Shown here: in pieces, positions 13,410-26,890 of the stretch | Layout of the letters: each line of letters begins with the position of its first letter | Numbering within the stretch: position 1 is the stretch's first letter | From: Blasia pusilla | Taxonomy: Eukaryota | NCBI GenBank assembly: GCA_050084515.1 | Contig: CM114271.1 | Coordinates: 45,694,001 to 45,758,000 of the forward strand | Reading direction: 5' to 3' | Length of the DNA stretch: 64,000 nucleotides | The notes under the pieces: generated by a model | Told to the model about the DNA's origin: nothing | What the model saw: the letters and a program-made list of their open reading frames with translations, nothing else | Database searches by the model: none | Translations under genes and position numbers: made by a program

Positions 13410-16400
13410 TATTGAAGATTGAGTTAAAGTCAACGCTCATGAGGCACCTGAACTGCAACATTTGCTACTCACACAAAGTAGGGAAGCTTAATCGTGGTTA
13501 GTCCGGGTTAAGCGCGCGATTATCTTCACTAGGTTAGTTAATCACAATTAGTTTAACTTTCGAGACTATGGTTAAGATTAGGATTAGGGTTGCTTGTACA
13601 TACCCTATATAATTGAGAAGGGGCCAGCCTCCATTCATTCTCTCATTGCAAATGTGGTTCTCCATGATGGTGTGTGAGTGCGAGAACCGTTTACCATCAG
13701 ATATGCTTCTTTAGTAGTTTTCCACATGGTACTAGAGCGATAGAAGAACATCACTTGAAATTCTTGGTGTTTGAGGAGATAAGAGATGCAAGAGAAGGCA
13801 CAATTTCAGTTTGGGAGAAGAAATTTTGTTCACAACCGATGGTGCAAATTTCAAACGGAGCTTTGACGGTGATAAAACTCTAGAGACATTTTTAAGGCTT
13901 TCTGGTCGATTTAGCCATCTCGGTCCCAACGGCTGCAATGATGCCAATATCTAGTTATAATAATCTTGTAGATCTCGTCGAGAGCTACCAACGCATCCAA
14001 AATTGCTCAATTCGACATTCGAGCTCTGCGCAGTAGCAATTTCAGTGTAGGAAAGTGCAAGTAGTTAAGAAAAGTTGTGCAATTTGCTCTCTACAGGCCA
14101 ATTTCGACTAGTTCTTTCATACAGTTGATCAATTTTGGAAAATTTCAGGTCGATTTCTTGTAGGAATGATCTATGCTTCAATTGGAGCAATAAAGAGCTT
14201 GAAATTATATTTTTTTTGAGTGAAATCGTTCGTCATGGAATATTCCTAAGTAGCAATCACATGTGAGAAGCTAGATAAGCAAAATTATAATGTCTGGAAG
14301 TTTCGCATAAAACAATCTCTCATGGGTCAAGAACTATGGGAGCTTGTCACAGGTGATGAGGCCAAGCCAGAAGGTGACTCAACAGACTTGAATGTTTGCG
14401 CTTGGAACAAACGCACAAGGCAAGTAATCCACTACATTTCAATAACGATCAATTCGCCAATGATAGGTCGCATTCAAGATGTTGATATTCCGAAGGAGGC
14501 CTGGGATGTATTGGAAAAGCTGTTCCAGACATCTACAAAGGCCAGAACGCTTCAATTGAAATAGCAATTGAACAAAGTGAGGAAAGAATCGCAGAGCATC
14601 AATGATTATATTTTGAGTATCAAACATATTGTTTATCAATTGAATAGCATTGGAATTACAGTAGAAGATGATGATCTGATCTTGTTCACTCTTCAAGGTC
14701 TTCCCAAGGATTACAAATCCTTCGAGACCTCTATCTCTGTGAGAGAGAAGTATCCAACCTTTAAAGAGTTAGTCCCACTATTAATCAATGAAGAGATGCG
14801 CCTAGTAGGCGGCGGTTGCTAAATCTAATCTACAAGAGAGTGCGTTATTTGCAGGTTATGGATCAAACAGAGGCAAGGGTTGTGGTAGAAACTTCCGTGG
14901 TCATGCTGGATATCAAGCATATGGAAGAAGAGGCACTCAATATAACGTCACTCAATCAACTACTAACCACTACTAGACACAATCACAAGGTAGTGATAGT
15001 GGAAATCGTTGGAATCCAGGTTAGCAATAGAGGGTTCCTAGATCTTGCAATTATTGTCGGATAAAGGATCACTATGCAAAGTTTTGCTTCAAAAGAAGGA
15101 GATATGAGAATAGGAGCCTTACAAAGAACAAAACTATGTGAAACAACAATACCAAGAGCAGTTCCAAGAACAACAACATTCACAAACGGAGCATCTCTTG
15201 GTCATGACTCATCATATGGAAGCAATGGTCAAGAAAGACTTGACAGCAGATTGGTACATTGACTCTAGTGCATCAAATCATATGACCTCACAAGCTAAAT
15301 AGTTCAGTAGTTTAGGGCCGGTGAAAGATCCTGCAATTGTGCTCATAGGAGATGACACTCAACATCATATCACGCACACTGGTAAAGTTCCAATAACATC
15401 ATATGGTCTTTGTGCTCTTGGAAATATTCTCTATATTCCTACCATTGCAAGAAATCTAATCTCTGTAAGACAAATAGTAGAATAGGGTTATCGAGTGAAG
15501 TTTAACGCAGATGGTTGTTTCATTGAAACAATGGATGATCAGACTACGATAGCCAAAGGAACTAGATCTGGCAGAATGTTCAAATTAGATGTTTCTATGT
15601 TAGAGATTCAAACAGCAATGTATGGTGAAACTGGCCAACAAGTCACAAATCTAAATGTGTGGCATAAAAGAATTGGACATATGAATCTTCAAAGATTACA
15701 GAGTCTTTCATCATCCAATATAGTAATAGGACTCCCTAAATTAGCAAGTCCTACTGCGTTAGAGGTGTGTCTTACTTGCCAATTTGGAAAAAAAAACTAG
15801 ATTTTCTTTTCCAAAGCAAGGTAGAAGAGCATCTAGGATATTGGAGTTGATCCACATTGATGTGTGGACAGCATCATAACATAGCCTTAGTAGTTGCCAA
15901 TACTTTGTTTCATTTATTGATGACTTTTCTAGGTATATATGGATATACATTCTGAAAGCTAAGTCAGATGTTTTCTGAATATGCCAAACATTCAGAGTTC
16001 TAGTAGAGAAGCAGACTAGAGAACATATTCTGAAATTGCGTTATGATAGAGGAGGAGAGTATCTTTCAATAGAGTTTGATGACTATTTATGTCAGAATAA
16101 CATCCAATGTCAAGTGACTTGCCGTTACACTCCATAACAAAATGGAGTGGCTGAGAGGAAGAATCGACATATTGTTGAAGCGGCACGAGCTATGTTGAAT
16201 TAGAAGAACATGCCTAAGGTGTATTGGGTAGAGGCTGTAGCATATGTAGTCTTCTTGATCAACCGAACTCCAACAGCAAGAGTTCATGATAAAACTCCAT
16301 TCAAAGTCTTCACAAGAAGTAAACCTGATTTTTCATTCTTGAAAGTATTTGGTTGTATTTGTTATGCTCATGTTTCTTCTGAGAGACGTCAGAAATTAGA

Positions 16401-18712
16401 CCCCAAGTCTAAAAGATGTTTCTTCATTGGCTATGCTGATGGAACTAAAGGATATAAGTGCTATATTCCATCCTCTAGGCAACTTATTATTAGTCGCAAT
16501 GTTATTTTTTATGAGCTAAAGTCATGGTATGCTCCATCTGAGCCTATTCCACCTCTAAACTTGTCTGTTGAGGGGAAGAACATGACTGTAATCCAATAGA
16601 TATTGTCTTCAACTTCCCCAAGTACTAGTGCAGGATTAGGAGAGGCCTTAGATTCATTAGTTAAATTTGTGAGTCCATGGACGGGAAGAGTACGTATTCA
16701 GTCTATTGACACTATTCAGAGCTCGAGTCAGGTGTCCGAGGCATCTACCTCTGAACAACAACTTCGTAGATCAAGTAGAGTTACACATCCAGTTCATAAA
16801 TTCATAAATAAAGGTTTCCTTGCGACACATCATGCATATATGATGACTACCCTTCAAGAACAAGAGTTGAATTGTTTTGAAAAAGCTGTAAGTAAAGTCG
16901 AATGGATTGAAGCTATGGAGGAAGAGCTTGCTGCATTAAGATATCAACAAACATGGGAGCTGGTTGATATACCTTCCGATAAGGAAGTTATTGGTTACAA
17001 ATGGGTTTACAAAATCAAGTGCAATCAAGATGGTACAATTAACAGATACAAAGCGAGATTGGTGGCTAAGGGCTATGCACAATAATATGGCATCGATTAT
17101 GAGGAAACATTTAGCCATGTTGCAAAGATGGCGACTACGAGAACAGTGGTTGCAGTTGTAGTAAGTAAGAAGTGGAGATTACATCACATGGACGTCAAGA
17201 ATGCCTTCTTGAATGGAGATCTATACAAGGAGGTATATATGACTCAACCACATGGATGCGAGCATCCCAAGTTTCCATTTCGCGTATGCAGGTTGAAGAA
17301 AGCTCTATATGGGCTCAAACAAGCTCTAAGAGCTTGGTATGGCAAGATTACATACGTCCTACAAGATTTGGATTTTAGGATATGTGATTCTGACTGCTTG
17401 TTATATATCTTGAGAGGACAAGATCAAATGGTTCTCATTGTGTTGTGTGTTGACAATCTCCTGATTATAGGGAGTACTGAAGAAATGGTACAACAAGTCA
17501 AGCTTAAGTTACAAGCAGAATTTGATATGAAGAACTTGCGAGAACTCGAGTACTTCCTTGGTATTGAGTTTATCAAGGTTGGAGAGAGCATGTGGTTACT
17601 ACAACGACAATATGCTCTTCATATGCTTTCAAAATATGGTATGACGGCCTGTAAGCCAATCTCTACACCGTTACATCAGAGTGTGAAGCTAAGAGTGGAT
17701 GAAAGAGAGTTGCTTGTAGATTCTAATATGTACAAGCGCATGGTTGGAAGTTTGATCTATCTAACTTTAACTAGATCAGATTTGATTTATATTGTTGGCC
17801 TAGTGAGCCAACTTATGCAAGCACCTCAAAACCTCACCTTGACTGTGAGGAGGATTATACGATTTGTGAAATTCTCTATTCAATTCGGGCTTCAATTTGA
17901 ACTTTCTCCAGTTTTTCAATTAGAGGGATTCACAGATCTTTGATTGATTAGGAAGCGTGTCGATCGACACTCTACATCTGGTTATACATTTACTTTGGGG
18001 GAAGCGCAACTATCGTTGGGCTTCAAAGAAGCAACCTATAGTTGCTTTATCTTCAACAGAGGCTGAGTACAGAAGAGCAACCAATGCAATATGTGAGGCG
18101 GTGTGGCTTCATGGATTACTTGTTAAGATTGGTGTTTGTAACTTAGGACCTAGTGTAACATATGCATACAATATTAGTAGCATCAAGCTTGCTAATAACC
18201 CAGTGTTTCATGCTCGTACAAAATATGTTGAGGTGCACTATCATTTTATTAGAGAGAAAGTGCTTGCGGGAGAAATTGATCTAGTGTATATAAATCTGAT
18301 CGGCAAATTGCACGACATCTTTACAAAGGCATTGTCTAGAGATAAGTTTGAGATGTTTAGAAATAATTTAGGCGTTAGAGATATCGATGTGAGTTTGAGG
18401 GGAAGTATTGAAGATTGAGTTACAATCAAGCTCATGAGACACCAATTGCTATATTTGGTACTCACACAAGTAGGGTAGCTTAATCTTGGTTAGTCATTAA
18501 GCAAGATTATTTTAACTAGGATTAGTTAATCATAGTTAGTCTAGCTCGAGACTATGGTTAAGGTTAGGGTTAGGGTTGCTTGTATATACCCTATATAATT
18601 GAGAAGGGATCAGCCTCCATTCATTCTCTCATTGCAAATTTAGTTCTCCATGGTGGTGTGTGAGTGTGAGAACCGTTTTCCACCACTTATGCTTCTTTAT
18701 CAGTGTTCCATA
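13410..18712 (+). mobile_element. Full-length degenerate Ty1/Copia retrotransposon inserted in the satellite
   Basis: 5' LTR 13410-13726, PBS tggtactagagc (tRNA-iMet-like) 13727-13738, gag, protease (WYIDSSASNHMT), GAG-pre/integrase, RT (MDVKNAFLNG) and RNase H. PPT gaggggaag, 3' LTR 18406-18712. TSD CTTCT at 13405-13409 and 18713-18717. Confidence 0.95.
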
Positions 18713-20135
18713 CTTCTATGATTGGTCATTTGGAGATTTTGTATGACGCAAAAGTGCATGTTCCAACAAGGTTTCATGATTTATAGGCCAGTGGAAGAAG
18801 AGGGGAGCCAAAAAATATCGAAGAAAGAGGAAGATGAATGATGTAGGAGTAAAGGTCCAAGTCTCCTTTCAATTTTACTTGTATTACCCACGCACCCGAA
18901 GCTCTCACCGTTGGATGGACGTGAAACACAAGGGATGTAGGTTTGGCAATGTCCTCTTGCTCTTGGACGGTGTGGATCTTGGATATCATTCTCTATACTC
19001 AGTTAAAAATTTGGAAACCTCACTTAGGGTTTTTGATTCTTAATTCCTTCTATGGGTAGTCATTTGGATATTTTGTATGATGCGGAAGTGCATGTTCCAA
19101 CAAGGTTTCATAATTTATGGATCAGCGGAAGAAGAGGGGGGCCAAAAAATGTCGAAGAAAGAGGAAAATGAATGATGTAGGAATGAGGTTCCAATTCTCC
19201 ATTGAATTTTACTCATCTTATTCACGCACCTAGAGCTCCCACCGTTGGATGGAAGTGAAACACAAGGGATGTGGGGTTGGCAATGCCCTCTTGCCCTTGG
19301 ATGGTGTGGATCTGGGATATCATTCTCCATATTAAGTTAAAAATTCTGAAGCCTCATTTTGGGTTTTTATTTTTAATTCCTTCTATGGGTTGTCATTTGG
19401 AGATTTTCTTTTCTGTTGGGAGCATGAGATGGAAGCGCATGTTCCAAAACGTTTTCATGATTTTATGGGCTAGCAAAAGAAGAGGATGGCCAAAAAATGT
19501 CAAAGAAAGAGGATGATGAATGATGTAGGAATAAGGTTCCAAGTTTCTATTGAATTTTACTCGTCTTATCCACACACTCAGAGCTCCCACAGTTGGATGG
19601 ACGTGAAACACATGAGATGTGGGGTTGGCAATTCCCTCTTGCCCTTGGACAGTGTGGACCTTGGATATCATTCTCCATCCTTCGTTTAAAATTCTGAAAC
19701 CTCACTTACAGTTTTTGAGTTTTAATTCCTTCCATGTGTGGTGATTTGGAGATTTTCTATCACCAAGTCCATGTTCCAACAAGGTTTCATGATTTATGGG
19801 CCAGCGGAAGAAGGGGGCCAAAAAATGTCATAGAAAGAGGAATATGAATGATATAGGAGTAAGATTCCAAGTCTTCTTTGAATTTTAATCATCTTACCCA
19901 CGCATCCAAAGCTCCCACCATTGGATGGACGTGAAATAGGCGGGATGTGGGTTTGGCAATGCCTCTTACCATTGGACAGTGTGGATCTTGGATATCATTC
20001 TCCATACTCAGTTAAAATTCTGAAACCTCATTTAGGTTTTTGATTTTGAATTCCTTCTATGGGTGGTCATTTGGAGATTTTATTTTTCTGTTGGGAGCGT
20101 GATGCGAAGTGCATGTGCCGACAAGGTTTCATGGG
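18713..20135. repeat. Tandem satellite, right arm (about 4 units)
   Basis: The same ~335-bp unit resumes in register after the Copia TSD. Landmarks near 18720, 19053, 19387, 19738 and 20061. Confidence 0.9.
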
Positions 20136-21599
20136 CACGGGAAGAAAGAATAAAGTTCGGATGTGAGATCAATATGGTGTTGGGCGTTTACAAGAGTTTA
20201 GACACGGATGCATCGATGTTGATACATCGTCTACTAATGTGAGGATGACAAGGATATTTTTTGAATGACGTGGAATGTTAGGATTTTGAAGGCTTGATAT
20301 GGCATGAAAGAGGAGGATGACATGGGAACTTGATGATGTGGCCGACAAAGGGGTTCGTGTTTGGCACAATTGACTAGGGGTTTGTGTTTGCACGGGATAA
20401 GAACAACGAGCACGCAAATTGGAGTGGGCCGTTTGAGCTTGTTGTGAACCGAGAGGTCGATGTGCACGATTGAGATTCCCAAACCCTCGAATTCAATGAC
20501 CCTTCATTGAATGGCTTTTTGGCTTAGTGTCACCCGACTTGGCATCTCCCGAGTTCACACCTTCCCATTCTCGAGGTTTTCAGACCTCTACTTTTTTTTT
20601 CTCAGTCTTAACTCCTAACGCTGCGCCCTAGCTACTTTGTCTCTGCGTACATAAGAGCACTGAGTGACAAGAGTGTGTGCCTACTTTTAATTTCCAATTT
20701 CTGTAATGTGAACCAGATTCTTGATATACATCCTACAATGCAAGCGGAAATATTTGCAGATTTCAGAAGTTGGGCAATGAAAACCAAGTGCTATATCAAA
20801 ATTGGAGCTTGGATGTTTCTTTGGTGACGCTGAATTTGATTTCAAGTACTTCCTTGCAAAGTATGAACAGCACCATGTATGTACTAGTGAGTTGTATGCT
20901 CACTAGTACATACTGCGGCTCCGCAAGGAACAAATGTAGTCTACTACTATGTAGACTCTTGTTGATTACATGGACAAGATGGCTCTGGTCCCAATACGAT
21001 AGAACGCAATCTACTACAATGTAACATTAGCGACTGAATCAGGATCTACATTTTGACTGAATGTGTCGACGTCACGAAGAATCTCAAGCATGTAAATATC
21101 GAATCCAAATTTATATTTGGTAGCTTTTGTATTCCTCTTGTGTATTACACTATGTAGTAATTGTCTGCCCACCTCATGAACTTGTTTGAGATATAGACAA
21201 CCAAAATTGGCTAAGGTCTTTGAAGGATGTTAATCAATTAGTCCATAAATATTTTCTTATCAATTAGGCTAGCTGGAAATCGGGCTAGTGAATCATTTAG
21301 GTAGAAATAGTTCCACTTTTGGCAGCTCAATGAGTGAAGAAGGAAAAACTTGCTTGGAAGATCTTGAATCTTACAACATTCCCTTTTTATTTCATCAAAA
21401 TAAGAAGATAATGAATCTAGCAGGCACTAGCTCACCTACCATTGTCGTTTGATGTTGCAAAACCATATGGGTCTTTTGCCATCTGGGCTATGGGCAGTAC
21501 TAACACTACCAATAGCAATAGATCCAAGAGTCCTTGAGGCCCAATGTACTGCACCTCCTATTGAATAGATCTACATTGGTAGTATATGTGGATAACTTG

Positions 21600-21720
21600 C
21601 GCTTTTTAGGATTTGGTACTAGAGTCCAGGTTTTATTTTCGTGGAAAGACGCAATTTTAACCTCCGTAGCAGTTTGCCATTCATGAACATCTAGTCTAGA
21701 GAGGGAATTTGTTGTAGTGA
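21600..21720 (-). mobile_element. Small Copia pol remnant (pre-RT region)
   Basis: EWQTATEVKIASFHENKTWTLVP within ORF 21506..21907 resembles Copia W..AM..E..SL..N.TW.LV. Confidence 0.5.
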
Positions 21721-21859
21721 TAGGATCAGATTGGATACAAAAAGAAATAAGAATGTTTGAGCCAGCAACATCATAACTATGTTTAGATGTTTGTAATGAC
21801 TTCTTGTGATGAAAAGAAGTGGGTAGATGTCTCATGGGTTTTTCTTTAGCAATTGCACT

Positions 21860-22466
21860 TCCAAGATCCAACAGAGCGCCTTTGGAGATACTAAAGGATA
21901 GCCTCAAGAGGCCGAATATGACCTGCTGAGGCCATGGATAACTTATGAGAGTTGTTTTTCCCTTTGTTTTGGCTCATTTGGAGCCATATTGAGGAAATTA
22001 ATATTTCGGGTAAGTTACCATTTTGGTTTAGTTGACTTTCCACTTTGGAAAGTGGCCCTTGACCAACTATAGTAGGTCAAGAGCCAAGGAGATGACCTGC
22101 AAGCATAGCTTAATGTGGAGAGGGCTTGGGAGAGGGAAGGGGGTATGCCTCCAAGAGAGAAGGCTTGAGATCTCATTCTCTCTTTTTAACCTCTTGGCAT
22201 GAGGCGGTGAGCTATGGTCCTTGCCTGTGTGTGCAACCCGCCTCTCATTAGGAGAATGGGTTTGGTTTGACATGAGAGAGAGAGAGTGCATACCATGGAG
22301 AGCATGGTGTGAGACCTTGTTGTTGAGATGGAGAGATTTGATCGATTTATTGGAGATATTTCGGTACTTCTCGTCTCGTTGTGTGAATTCCATGAGTAAA
22401 CATAGGATTGTGTATGTTTGATGATAGAGATGTATGCTGTGTTGCGATGTGTATCGCGCCACGACA
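21860..22466 (+). repeat. Solo, 5'-truncated LTR of the PHD-Gypsy family
   Basis: Shares ttggctcatttggagccat, ggtcaagagccaaggag and aacctcttggcatgaggcgg with 8658-9820 and 48807-49452. Ends CACGACA. Confidence 0.85.
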
Positions 22467-23616
22467 ACCTTCATCTTTCATTCCTTTCCTATGATCCTAT
22501 CTCTATTACCGCTTTTGCTTGCCCTTACCCTTCTCGAGTGCTTTGATCGTACATCGCTGCCTATTGCATCTTTCTTGTCACAAGCTCCAACAATCTTGGC
22601 CTGTGATTTCGCTGCCTTATGGGTTGCTCTGCCAGGTGTTGAGTTTTCACCACATCATCCCATCGTACTCTTTTCAGGATTTCAAGAGAAGGCAATGAAT
22701 TGCAATTTGAGCTCATTATCCTGTAACCCTATTGTAGGCATCCCCCCCATCAATAAGGTGCATATGCCCTGATTCGGGCTTTTGGTTGATTACTCTATAC
22801 GTTACTTTGATCCATAGCCAAGTTCCCTTTGTATAGAGTTGCTATCATCTACAATGTTCATGATCACAAGAAATTTCCATTATTTGCACTTCTTTCAATC
22901 GTGTAATGTAGAACTCAGGAAAAAGGTACTCCTTTAATCAAAAGTATTAAGTTCGTTCTCAAGAGACCACTATTTCTTGATTAAAGAGAGGTTTTATAAG
23001 AAATATTAAGAATAACTCCTCCTTCACTAATTTTACTGACTAACTACAAGTACAACTACACTATCTTTATGAGTATAAAAGAATAAACAGATTTTCTTCC
23101 CCTCTTTGAAAAGACTCTTCTCAAGTGCAAACGAAGACTCTTTCAAATCTTCAATAAAAAAAGCTCCACGAAGACCTCAAAGAGACCTCATGAATGGCGG
23201 CTCACCCTTCTTTCAAAACCGAATCTGTCACGACATGTTACTCACTGTCTAATAGCTTTCCTACGCTCTTCTTGATTATCTTCTGGAATTTTGAAATCAC
23301 AAGTCTCAACTCTCATTCCTACTAAAGCCCAATAAGATTTTACACCCAACTCCCCACCTCAGAAAGTATGAGAGAAGACACTTCTACTACATCAAAGAGT
23401 GGAACGAACCAAAAAGTATTGCTTCAGAAAGTAAAAGACTCTTTAGCTTGGATCATCCCCCAACAACCTATCCACACAATCCTCACAAATGATGGGAAGT
23501 TCAGACGCAAGGGAATGATCCCTCTTCATCCAATCGATCCACAGTATTTGGAAGATTCAGGGCACTAGACAATCTTCACCATTATTCTTATTGCGGTCTT
23601 CCTTATGAAAGTACCC

Positions 23617-23869
23617 CGCCTCTTTCTTTTCCAATCTTTTCCTATTCTTACACAAATTTTGACAAAAAGAGCAATTTTGTGGAGAAGTCTTCTTTGAGTG
23701 AAGACTAAAGACTCAATACTAGAAGTAAAGATTAGTACTTTTCTTGAAATTGTGTGAAAATATTGTGATGAAATCTAATGAGAGGACAAAAGATACTAAG
23801 AGACTAAGGATTGTCTTGGAAAAGTGAGAATTGTGTAAGAATAGGAAAAGATTGGAAAAGAAAGAGGCG
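23617..23869. repeat. Perfect 39-bp inverted repeat around a 175-bp spacer
   Basis: cgcctctttcttttccaatcttttcctattcttacacaa (23617-23655) is the reverse complement of 23831-23869. Confidence 0.9.
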
Positions 23870-24899
23870 CCCGAACCTTATAACTTTCCCCTATTGTGTG
23901 TGATATAGCCCTCTTGCGATTGCACCCATGCACTTGTGCTTGCTGCCAAAGCTTTGCATCTATGTCGTGCGTTGGTGTTAGAGTAACGATATTCGCTTAA
24001 GCTATGTTTCATAGTAACATGTTTATTTATATGCAGCAATATTATAGATAAGCATAGTTCGTTTCCTTTATTTGCAATAGTGTTGTAGGTGAGCTCTGTG
24101 TGTGTGCCCCATGGATAAATTTTTTTGTAAACAACTTGATTTCCTGTTCCATTGAAGTCCATATTCACAAATATATCCAAGAATTTTCAACCATATTTTT
24201 GTGGTTCCTCTACTAATTCCGATAGAAGGTACTATTATTTTTTTGTACTCTATATAAGGGAGAATTACTACAACTATACAAACCATATATTATTTTTTCA
24301 TTGCAACCTATTATTTTCAAGATGTGTGATGCAACACCAATCTACACAAGGAGCCCGCATAGTGTTATCAATAGACAATGAGCAGTCAATAAAAACCAGT
24401 AGGAGAGTATTCTCTTGGCACTCGATAGCAAGACATACTAATAACACGCAATGCTTCTTACATCCACCCTTGTCAATTATCTAGTTTGTGATCTATGTGC
24501 AAACATATTCATCAGTAGCTAGTGATTCACCTGAGGTTACATGTTCCTCATTAAAACTGAATATAAATCAAAGTGCATATTGTTTACTAGTGCAATAAAT
24601 TTAGTTGTCTCTTACATTGGGCTGTAGTTTGTAGCCTTCTTGCGTGAAAACCTGGCAGTGTTCCACAACTCAATACATGTAAGACACATAAAGTGCAAAT
24701 CTTCTTCGCTAAACCTCGACAAAACTCGGTGGGTTGCTTGCTTTACACTTACTATAAAACACATGTGTAAAAAGTACACTTCTTCGCCTATGGTTTCACT
24801 CATGCAGCATTGAGCTAGGTTCTAATCATACTATGCAAGTGTGATCTAAGCTCGCCTGAGTTCTTTCCATTGGCTCCGATTCATTCTTTGCAACTTAGT

Positions 24900-26890
24900 T
24901 TGCACAAGCATATATCAAAGTCCTCATCATGGCTAGATCCCGGAGGGTAATGAGACTCAGATGTCGTCTTCTCCTCAACAATGTGAGGCTGAATCTATGT
25001 AGAGACTATGCGAGAACAAGAATCTACACATTAAATAGGGTACACACATTGCCTTTTTTATGTCGCTTGGCTTGAAATGGAGCTATTGCTCAAGGGTTGG
25101 CAACCCTAGTGTTCTTCATTTATTAGGGATATGAAGTGTTGTGGATCTTTGTTGGGAGGGGGGGAGATGTATTCTACAACACGAGTCAATTGAGAATGGC
25201 CATTGAGACATCACAAACATATCCAAAATGTGCCTTATGTAATGGTTACATGAGCGACTATATTATACCCTATGTTGGTAGATTTTATGTGTGCAAACAG
25301 TGTACAGGAATCAACCTGAATACTGCACACAATGTGTACATGACGCCAACGTATATTCGGGATGTGCTCAATGTTAACCCTTTGTACCTAAAATTTTTAT
25401 CTCTTGTCGACTCAAGACTTGCCATTGAAACCTAGTATAATGGCTTTCATGATGGTTTTTTCTAGGTTGAGTCCCTACTAGATTGCCCACTTGTTGCTTG
25501 GGGGCTTTGAGATTCAAAAGTGACAAACTTAAATGTCTTTGATCGCAAGCTCAGGGATATTCTATTGGTAAAATTACGAATCAATGAGCTATATTTGCAG
25601 TATGTGTCGCTTATTGAGCTACCTAATCCATCCTACGGACTTTTAATCCTACCATCTTCATCTATTGAAACTATGTTGAGAGCATCTCCAGACAAGGGCT
25701 AGATGTCACATAGTATGACTTTCAACCGTTATAGCGCAGAGCTCAATGTGTTGCAAGATATACACTACTCACTGCCCATTAAGAGAAGACATGCATATGA
25801 CATATTTCATATTGGGAGCGTGTTTCTTAGAGACAATACACATGTTCGTGAACATCTCCTTAGTGACAGACACGGTATATCAGAAGACATGAAGTTAACT
25901 ATTGAGACTGGGATTTCCCCATATGTTCTTGTTCTCCTACATTAGGCATTTAACTGGTCAATACATCTTTGTTGATTAACTTTGAAGCCGAGTGAGACAA
26001 CTATTTAGTGTGTTTACACTTTACAAACCATACTTGCTTATTATGCATCAGTTGCGACAATCTATCACACTAGCTTCTCGAACTCGCTCATGCATCTGAA
26101 GCAGAGAACTTGATTAACTAAAACTGAAACATCTGGACCTTATGAACCACGATTGTATTCCTATTTATCCAGATATAGTGTGATTGCACAGATCCCAAGA
26201 ACCCCAAGCGGCATCGCGACAGCTGACAGAGACCTTAAGACCATGATGCAAGCCTAGGGCATGTCCGATTTCTTTTTGACCCTTATCTCCAATAAGGTGT
26301 CTGATAGAAGGTGGTTTGGGATATTTGATATTGAGGCGGAAGTGAAGAAAATTAACCCACCTTTTACATGGCAGGATGCATGTGTTGAGTGTGATGTACT
26401 TCTTCATACTAGATTGAAGGCTTTCCTTTATAACTATTTCCTAGACCATGTATACTAGGAAGTGTGCAGAATTACCTTTTCAAATATGAGCTCCAAGTTA
26501 GGGTAGCTTGCACTCACACACTATATTATATGTAACCAAGGAAGACTTTCAACCGAGTCACAAGTGATATATGTTGCTACATTCCGTTAGTTGAATGGTG
26601 CAAGCTTGCGTAGACCTCCTATTCTAGTATGACTTCTATGTTGCAACATTACATGACTACAAAGCAACTACATACATATAAGCCAAGTAGCTGTATCACC
26701 AAGGCAAACAAGGATCATCTGCCATATTGCCGTACGGATTTCTTGGCTCCTAATAACATGCAAGTAGAACCTGCCATAGATCCAAAGACTACGAAATGGA
26801 ACTATTAGAGACACAGTGAACAACATAGGAACATTAGACCATATCATCCTACTATCTTGCTCTTGTGGGGTGCCCATATGAATTTACAAC
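24900..26890 (+). mobile_element. Decayed Helitron-type Rep (HUH endonuclease) coding remnant
   Basis: GMSDFFLTL..W...FTWQDACVEC..LHTR (motif 1 region), YELQ.RGSLHSH across a frameshift at ~26483-26525 (HUH motif), and RNIRPYHPTILLLWGAHMNLQ at ~26826-26890. Upstream CxxC..CxxC. Truncated before the catalytic tyrosines and the helicase. Confidence 0.75.

Noticed and set aside
10090-20135. CRISPR-like array or repeated small genes
   Set aside because: Whole ~330-bp units repeat with no unique spacers, there are no cas genes, and the context is eukaryotic. The short ORFs are not conserved between units.
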